From: Pelomyxa schiedti
Taxonomy: Eukaryota; Protista; Evosea
DNA length: 64,000 nucleotides
Direction: 5' to 3'
NCBI GenBank assembly: GCA_020536535.1
Contig: JAHLWZ010000805.1
Span: 62,001-126,000 of the forward strand
The number at the start of each line of letters is the position of its first letter. Positions within the stretch are counted from its first letter, which is position 1. This document shows positions 56,101 to 64,000 of the stretch, piece by piece. The notes beneath the pieces were generated by a model, which searched no databases, had not been told where the DNA came from, and saw nothing but the letters and a program-made list of their open reading frames with translations. The position numbers and the translations under genes are program-made.

Positions 56101-59100
56101 GTCTGCCCTAGTTCTCAGAGAAGATTGATAGTCTTCTTCTGCCTTTTTTAATCTTCCATCGAGGTTTTGATTTTCTTCAATCTTGTGCTGCAAATCTGCC
56201 TCGAGCTTTTTAATGTCAGATTCCCTTTGGTGGATCTGCAATTGCTCTTCTGACAGAGCATCTTTGGAATGTGCAAGATCTTCTTCAAGTTTTTTTATCT
56301 TGGCTTCTGATTCCTCAATAGAGTGCCGCAATTTTTCTTTATCGTGTGTATATTCTTCCCCACTCTTTCTTACACGTTCCTCTGACTGCGATAGTTCTTG
56401 CTCCTTGTGCTGCAGCTCGGTAGTTTTCTGTTGTAATTCCGCTTCCAAGCGTTTAACGTCCGCCTCTCGTTGGTTTCCGTTCTCCGAAGCCCGTGAGTGT
56501 TCCTCGGTTTGTACTTTGAGCTTTTCCTGCAATTCTTCAATCGTGTGTTGCAATTTTGAACTATTTTCCTGTTCTGACTTGTACTCCTTCTCCATTGCCT
56601 TGAATCGCTCGTCGAGTTGCCCCATTTCCTCTCTTAGGTGCTCAAGCTCTGCTTTCTTGTGTGCCAGTTCATCTTCTCTTTGGTGAATATCCCCTTCTAG
56701 ACCCGTCTTTTGGGAGGACATCTGGGTGGATAATTCCTCCACTTCCTTGCGTTTAGCCTCTACGGCGGCCTCCAGTTGCTCTATTTTGATTCTGGCATTT
56801 TCTTCACTTTTCTCTTTTTCAGCTTGTATTTTGGTGATGTTTCCTTCAGCTTCAGATTGTGATTGGCTAATTCGAGTTTTCTCCTGTGCCAGGGCTTCCT
56901 CTGTGGCTTTGTTTTTGGATATGAGGGTTTCCAATTCACCCTTCTGTTGAAGGATAGTCTTTTCAAGAGTGCCGATAGTTTCTTGGAACTGTGCACTATG
57001 AATTTTTTCCTTTTGAAATGATTCCTCTTGTTGTAAGCCATTAATCTTTTCCTTTTCGCAGAGCTCCTCCAAAGCCTTATGCTTCACAGTTAAGTCATCG
57101 AACGCTTCTTTATGCTGGGTTGCAAGGGCAGTAGCTGATGAGCAGGCAAGGTCTTTCTCAGCAAGTTGGGACTCTAGCCCCTTCACCTGTACTTGTAATT
57201 CCTCAACCCGGCTACCAATTTCACCGGACTGGCCTTGGAGAAGAGCCCGCTTGTCTTGCTCGCTTTTGAGTTCATCTTCAAGATTTTTCACTTTTTCCTC
57301 AAAACCTCCAACTTTCAGTTGTAGTTGCTCTTTTTCTTGTGCAAGGGCTTCTGCCTCTGTTTTGGATTTTTCTGCCATGGTTTTGAATTCTTCTTGTATC
57401 TGGAGAGATTTTGCCACTTCTTTTTTGTGCTCGTCTTGCTCTGTTGTGAGTTTAAGCTCCAGGTCTGTTACTTGTGTAGCTAGGTGTTGTTTCTCGCGTA
57501 TTAGATCCTCAAGCTCATGCTGTCCCTTCTGTCCAGATTCCATGTGAGACTTGTTAACTTCTTTTTCTGCTTCCAAATCTCTTGACAATTGCTTCAGTTG
57601 TTCTGTCAATTCATTGACCTTATCATTGGCTTCCTTTTCTCGTTCTCCCGTTCTCTTCGATTCTGCCTTCTCCGTCTCGAGAGCTACTTTCGTACTCGAG
57701 AGTTCTTCTCCCATTGTCTTTGAATTTGTTTTTTCTTGTTCCAGAAGAGTATGTACTTGAGAAAGTTCTTCCACCACTTTCTTAGACTCCACTTTCTCGC
57801 CTTCAAGAGCAGATTTCAACTGTGACAATTCTTCTCCCATCCTCTTCGATTCTGCCTTCTCCGTATCGAGAGCTACTTTCGTACTCGAAAGTTCTTCTCC
57901 CATTGTCTTTGAATTTGCCTTTTCTTGTTCCAGAAGAGTATGTACTTGAGAAAGTTCTTCAACAACTTTCTTAGACTCTACTTTCTCGCCTTCAAGAACA
58001 GATTTCAACTGAGACAGTTCTTCTCCCATCCTCTTGGATTCTATCTTTTCCTGTTCAAGAGAGGCATTTGAGTGGGAGAGCTCTTCCCCTATTTTCTTAG
58101 ACTCTGCCTTTGCCTCTTCCAGAGCTACCTTCAAACCTGAGAGCTCTGAATTGAGGTTTTCTATAGTTTTATTTGCCTCTGCCTCCTTTAGAGATAGCTC
58201 CTGAGACTTTTCTTCAGCCTTCTTCAAATCACCTTCCAAACTCCCAACTTTCAATTTAAGTTCGTCGGTAGATTTATTGAGCACATCTATTTTGGAGGAT
58301 GCTTCTTTCAATTCCTCTCTTGTTCTGTTGAGCTCTGCAAGGAGGTTTTCAATTCTCGTATTTGCTGCGGACTCTTTATCTTCAGCACTCCCAGTTGCTC
58401 CTTTCAGCTGCAACTCCAGGTCACTTAGCTTTTCTTTAGCACGTCTCTCAGCTTCACAAACTCCTGCAAGTTTTGTGTTGACCTCCTCCAGTTCTGTGTT
58501 CAATTTAAGGCACTTATCGGCGGCCTCTTTCTCCTTGACTTCCAACTCAGCAGTTTTATTCTTCACGTCACCTAGTTCAGCTTCGAGTTCAGTGATTCTG
58601 TGACTCAAGTCGTTGGATTTACTTTCCATAGAATTGGCTTTTTCCGTGATTGCGTCTTTTTCATTTTGCAATTTGGCTTTCTCTTTGTCATGTTCCTCTA
58701 GTTGACCTTCCAATTCATGCAGTCGTTCCTCGCACCGTGTGGCGTTCTTTTGCGACTTCTCTAGTTTAGCTCTTACATCTTCTATCTCCACCTTCAATTT
58801 TTTTTCCATATCTGCAGCTGTGTTATGTGACTGCTCTAGCTGCTCCTCAAGTGTGTCAACTTTTTCTTTGAGGGCATCAGCTTTTTCTTGGAGGTCGGAG
58901 GCATGTTGGTCAGCAGATTTCTGCTGGCGCGCCTGTACGAAATTACTTCCCAGGCTTTGACCCCCACAAACCACTTACTTCTTTATGTGCCTCGTGAAGT
59001 TCTTCTTTTAGTTTTTTAATCTTGGCCGAATCTGAGTCCCTATCAGATTTAAGCTTTGAAATAGTCTCAACACGTTCAGAATCCTTCTTTTCTGAGGCAA

Positions 59101-60335
59101 TCAGTAAACAAAAAGACCAATATAACCACGAAAAAAGAGAGAGAGGAGAAGAGCAAGCAAACCCAGATGTTTCAGTTCGTCTGCTAGTTCATCCCGCTCT
59201 TTTATGGCTGCTTCAAGTTTTTCTTGCAATTCCTCTAGTTCACTGTTATCACTTCATTGATGTAAGTCGAAATCGGGACGCTGGAAGGCACACATTGTGG
59301 GTGCGGAACTGGGAGTCGGAGTAGGAGTAGGAGTGGCGGGAGGGGGAGTAGAGGTTCCTACTTGCTCTTCTTCATCCTCAGGCTCGCCTTCCCTGAAGTG
59401 TATAAGAACTTAATGAAGAAGGGAGGTCTTTGAGAGAAGGTCTGGTGGGAGATTTACTTGGCAACACCCATATTTGTGTCATTTATTACCACCTGGAAGT
59501 ATTATGTTACGTGAAGTTAAGAACTCCGGGTAATACATTGAGGGTTATAGGAGCACCCTTAGAAGACTTGGACATTACTAGTTGTTTGTTTATTGTTCCA
59601 GGCACATCTGCAAAATCTGCAAAGTTCAATTCTGTCTCCCCAAGAGTTGAAGCCTTGATCTTGCGTTCCTTTGGGAATTGAATTAGACAAAACTAGCCAA
59701 GCTCCTCTTAATCCAGTAAGTGTGTCAAACACAGTAACATGCTCCATACAAAGATAAAACCTATAAGTACAGAAAAGTGGCACTCAAAATAGGGGAGGTG
59801 TTTACAAATTCACTGGCTGTATGAAGATATTTTTTGTGGGATTCAATTATTTAAAGAGTGGCGTAGGATGGCATTTGGCATTTTATTTTGGCCAGACACA
59901 CACCTCAGCCACAGACACGTGGAGTGACTTCTCGTTGAATTTTCCCGTAGAACTGTCGCGAAACAGCGTGATGATGAAGTTGACCTGGTGGTTCCACTCA
60001 GCCGAGCCGCGCGTGACCGGGCACGGCACCGTGTGCGAGCGGTCCTTGAGGGCGAGGCCGCGTCGCCATTTCACGATCGCCGGGGCGCCGTCCGAAAGAG
60101 GAAGGTTCTTGGCGAGGACGAAAGTGATCGAGAACTTGTGCTTCCAGCCGACGCGACCGAGGCCGAAAAGCCCGGTCGTGGCGACCCCAGAGGTCGATGT
60201 CGACGCCGAAGTGTTCACGGTGTTGCCGATGAGGCCGCCGCTCCCGCTGGCCATTTCGAGAATCGAGGCGGTTGGGCTGGGACTGGTGTTGCCTGAGTCC
60301 CTCAGGGTGGCTGGGTTGCCTCTGTTCTTCCTCAT
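53170..60335 (-). CDS. NT-C2 domain + very long coiled coil + C-terminal Dilute (DIL) domain protein (headless myosin-V-tail-like)
   Basis: NT-C2: AIVKWRRG..AEWNHQVNFIITLFRD..FNEKSL..LNFADFA; a single exon of about 4.3 kb (54658-58974 frame) of heptads; DIL: QVYYWINARVFNHIITHPELC|TCNIGFQVKLSLSQLED..CKQAASVLML..LSPSQVATLVVHFRPD. The 3' end is uncertain. Confidence 0.8.
57643..58104 (-). repeat. Coding tandem repeat: about seven 63-bp (21-aa) units, including a near-identical 189-bp duplication (57664-57852 / 57853-58041)
   Basis: ESKRMGEELSQLKSVLEGEKV-ESKKVVEELSQVHTLLEQEKA-NSKTMGEELSSTKVALDTEKA occurs twice; matching DNA words are offset by exactly 189 nt (e.g. 57662 and 57851). Confidence 0.9.
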
Positions 60336-60630
60336 GCTTGGTGTGGTGCGATTATGGGAAGGCTAGTTGCTGGCAGCTGGTTGTTGTACTCTCTTGGTTT
60401 TCCAATCGGTGGGTGAGGCCGAAATTACCACTCGCAGGGAACTGCTGCCTCGAGGGTTTTTTTTTTGTTTTGTTTGTTGCTTCGTTTCGCCGAAGACTGT
60501 GTTTGTCATTTCAACAAATGGTGGAAAGTAAAACAATAGAGAAATCACTTTCGTTTCTCTCTTTTTTCTTTCTTTCTTCACGCAAGAGATACAAAGTGGA
60601 ATGCGGAGGCAAAGTAACAATAAACTGTGC

Positions 60631-61977
60631 TTATTCGTGATGATTGTATACAGCAAAGTCCCCAAGCAGGCCACTTCTGGCCACAGTTTCTGCCCATTCT
60701 TCAATAAGATATGCACAGCCTTGAAGGTAATTTGCAAGGTCAGATTCAGTGGCGTTTATGTCCCGGAATCCTTCTTCCACTGTATGTTGTGCATAAATCA
60801 GTCCAACCTGGCAGTAGAGCCGAGTTAGCACTCATTCTCAACCCCGGAAGATAATGTGCGCACAGCTGACTTTGCAGCAGACAGAGGGGTCCAAAGCACA
60901 TGCCAACTGCTGGGGAGGTGGTCTGCAACAAATAATGGTAGAGGGCACGTCCACTTTTCGGCGAGCACTGACAGGGGTCGGGATGGATTGTCTGATGTCA
61001 TGTCGACGACGTGGCGGCACACGCTCGTGATGCTGGACGTTAGTTCCACAATAGGTCCAAGTGAAGATGAAGTGACAATATGAGATAATTCTGAGCTATT
61101 ATTTTCCAGCATAACAGTATCGCCCAAATCAGCAGCATAGCCAATGGTTTGGTGAGATAGCGTCCTGCACCGTAATTTTCCTTTGAATGTACTCCAAAAA
61201 GGGTAAAAGAGGATAGGATTATGAATGATGTGCTCTATTGCAGAAAGCAGGGGAGCGACAACTATAGCCATCCTCCAAAGTAGAGAGAAGATATCGATGG
61301 CAATCATGTGGTCTTCTTTATTCTCCTCCAAGATGGATCTATTCCTGCCCCATTTAGCAACAGAGTTGCCTAACAAGGTTAAATTTCCAGTAGTGTAAGC
61401 AATCTCAAAGTAGGGTAGTGCCATTAATGAAACACCATCTGAAAACGGTGACAATAGCACAGCCACAATGGCCCCAGAATATCCTACAACATTCATAGTT
61501 CCACCAGCAACCTTTCCGATTCCTCCATTTTGGTGGTTCTTAAGGGCTTCATCGGCCCTTTTCCTCATCCTTGCGGCTACATTGTTGGCAACTTCCTTCA
61601 CCTCGCTTGATCCAGTGTAGTGTCCTCCACTAGGGACCTGGTTCCCCGCCACTTCAGCAGTTACAAAAGCCAAACTCGCCATTTCAAATGAATCCAGTAC
61701 ACACTGTAGCATGCTTTCCACACATTCTTTCCCACCAAATTTCCGCACTGACGCCTTATTCCAATAATCTGGGCTCTGCAAATCCGCCAGTACATGGAGC
61801 AGAACAGCCACCTTTGTTGCTGTAGTATCGTGACCAGTATCCGTGATTCCACAGAGAAACGTTGCCTTAAGGGATTCACGTACAGCAAAAATGTACCCCT
61901 TTGGAAAATGCTTGATTTGCAGATGCTCCAGACCTGGAAATTGTGGTGATAGGGGTTCTCCAAGCCTCACAATCCAT
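60631..61977 (-). CDS. Hypothetical protein with apolipoprotein-L-like segments
   Basis: ATG at 61977 splices into the 60825-61970 frame; hydrophobic hairpin GKVAGGTMNVVGYSGAIVAVLLSPFSDGVSLMAL; putative last exon ..ATESDLANYLQGCAYLIEEW. Confidence 0.5.
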
Positions 61978-62591
61978 AATCCCTCTATCCCGCTTGTGAT
62001 AGTGCAATATTAGAAAAACAAGTCCAAACACCCAAAAGAAAATATCACGAGCCAAAACAAACGCAAAAGTATAAACCAACAGCAAAAAGCCAAGGCATAT
62101 CACAGCTCAAAAAGAAAAATCAAAAACATAAACACAATCACACAAATGAAACACACAATATGAGGTCAGCAGCACATGTCAGTATTGATTCTTTCTCCTC
62201 CTTGCAAAGTATGTTGTTCATTTTATGCAATACCACTCGAGCTGGCCAGGCACCCCTCGGGATTGTGGGAGATACCGTCGATGTCATGTCCTCGCTTTCC
62301 CTTTTTCAGGTTTTTTTTTTTTTTGTTGTTTGCTGCTACGAGACACAACGACCTCGACCGGCATCGCGTGTCACATCAGAATAGTTACCAGAAAATTTTT
62401 CGATATCTGAATAAAATAATCAACAGACCGGAACGCTGTCATTTTCCTTGTTGTCTCTCAGGATCGGCGGTCTGGTGTTTTTTTATTTCGCCATCTTTAG
62501 CTACGGTGAAGGGGATTTCTAGCTAAAGCAAACTTTTGGACCAAGAATTTAGATTAAAATTGTTAATGTTGGCACTAGGATGAATGCTTGG

Positions 62592-64000
62592 TTAGGTTTT
62601 CTTCTTTGCCTTGTTGCGTTCAGCACCAATCACAAGCATATCATTGGTTAGGATTGTAGACTTTCCAGAAATGATGTCGCTTAGCTCGGCACCAAAGCCT
62701 GTTGGTGTCCCAGTGACAAAGGCTAGTGGTTCTGTTGGTGTTACTGTTGTTGTTGCGGTTGCGGTTGCTGTGGATGGCGATGGTGGGGGAATGATGGCTG
62801 AAGATGAGGATGTTGTTACGGATGTGCTTGAAGTTTTGAGGCTGTTTGTGGGTGTGGGGTAGGGTTCAGAGGGTAAATTTGGGTTTGGAGTTGGTGGAAG
62901 GGGTTCTGGAACATAATCTTCCTTACGCCACAGCTGATTGTCTTTGCCTGCACGCCATTCCCACAGTATGACAAGCTATTTTTAGGTTAGTTTCCTTTGG
63001 ATTGAATTGTGGTTGTTGTAGATGAAATTGAGATACAAAGTGGTTGGAAGAGGTAGAGAAAATACCTTGGATCCACGGTCTAGATCCATGCATTGTGTTG
63101 GATCAGTGTCAGTACGTAGAACCCCGTCCTGTGCAGTGTTAAACGTGTTTTCAGTGTTCATATACGGGGACATACTCCTCCGAGTTTCCAGTTCTGAGAA
63201 ATGGCATATGTATTTTGAGGCATAACTATGAGCTTGCGCATTCCTTGCAAGTCTGGTGCTGGGGAAATATCGATAGCGAACCCGGTCTTGGCATTGCATA
63301 TGTTAGTACCATTCCAGCGCCACATTTGAAGCAGTCCGGACCGCTCCGCTGCAACACATAAGGGAGTGTTTGGATCCTCGCAGTTACCTTATTCAAAGAA
63401 AGAGGTAAATGAAAACGAATGTGTTAAAGTGGCCTTACCATAGGGTTGAAGAACCCCCACGCCTGTTTCGGAGACAATATAAAAGGCAGATTCATCCTTT
63501 GTGAATTACATAAAAATAGCATTGGCACAAAGGCATACAGGTGGTGTCTCTGTGAAAGGGTTGCATGTTTTGAGTAAATCAATCACTCCATGCATAGTAT
63601 ATTTGGATGTTACACTGTCGAAATCGTACACATTCAATGTTTGTAAAGTTCTGGAACCTGGTTTCGTAGTTACAAGGACAAAAACGGGAAGTAGGTACGC
63701 TGCTTATATTACCTTTGGCTAGATTTGACAACTGGCCTGGGTTTAGTGTAAAAGCACTACGTAAGGCTGAGCAAAACGCAGAGTAATCAATATCCAGCTT
63801 AGCAGTGCCGAATTTGGCGGACCAAAATCTAAGCGCTTCCTTGAGAGGCAGTGTAAGTACAGACTGGGGAAAAAAGGCCAAAAGGAAAGTGCCTTATCAT
63901 GAATATTTGTGGCGGCATTGAAGTTTTGCCCTGCAGTGAGGCTTCTGGCTTTTACTAATAAATCCAACAAGGATTTAAGTTGGGATGTGCTCTCTGTGAG
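62592..64000 (-). CDS. Ricin-B (beta-trefoil) lectin-domain protein with Pro/Thr/Ser-rich tail; 5' end outside the window
   Basis: QxW repeats: LLQMWRWNGTNICNAKTGFAIDI..ISQNWKLGG|DGVLRTDTDPTQCMDLDRGSK|LVILWEWRAGKDNQLW; upstream helical region EALRFWSAKFG..IDYSAFCSAL. Confidence 0.65.

Noticed and set aside
54658-58974. 1438-aa ORF as myosin heavy chain or SMC
   Set aside because: No motor domain, Walker motifs or hinge; it is the coiled-coil exon of the NT-C2/DIL gene.
1-64000. Prokaryotic systems (CRISPR, operons, defence islands) or an alternative genetic code
   Set aside because: No repeat-spacer array or operon structure. In-frame stops resolve as spliceosomal introns, and TAA, TAG and TGA are all used as true terminators.

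Overview
Eukaryotic, gene-dense window: about 25 protein genes, most split by many short (~30-60 nt) GT-AG introns, standard genetic code. Most six-frame ORFs are exon fragments or antisense shadows, so I rebuilt the gene models by eye; internal splice sites and several gene ends are approximate. The Entamoeba-TMK-type receptor kinases, a PkbR1-like kinase, poly-Q tracts and a Dictyostelium-DUSE-like snRNA promoter suggest an amoebozoan, probably a free-living archamoeba (inference). Gene order: midasin (partial), ARF-like GTPase, Rab GTPase, eIF4B-like, YeiH/UPF0324 transporter, AIG1/FAR-17a-like, LENG8/Thp3, membrane-anchored bacterial-type alpha/beta-hydrolase, two tandem EGF-CUB-TM-kinases, RING protein, MATE, glycogen debranching enzyme, c-type-lysozyme-like, ARV1, zinc-knuckle-fused DDX10/Dbp4, AGC kinase, coiled-coil/propeller protein, BCL7-motif protein, GINS Sld5, U2 snRNA, ceramide synthase, small unknown protein, NT-C2/coiled-coil/Dilute protein, ApoL-like protein, ricin-lectin protein (partial). 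No CRISPR array, rRNA, tRNA or transposon was recognised. Best leads: the CCHC-DDX10 fusion, the ApoL-like gene, the c-type lysozyme, the TM-anchored bacterial-type hydrolase, the DUSE/USE-like U2 promoter and a CpG-island-like compositional pattern. All homology calls rest on recalled family motifs, not database searches.
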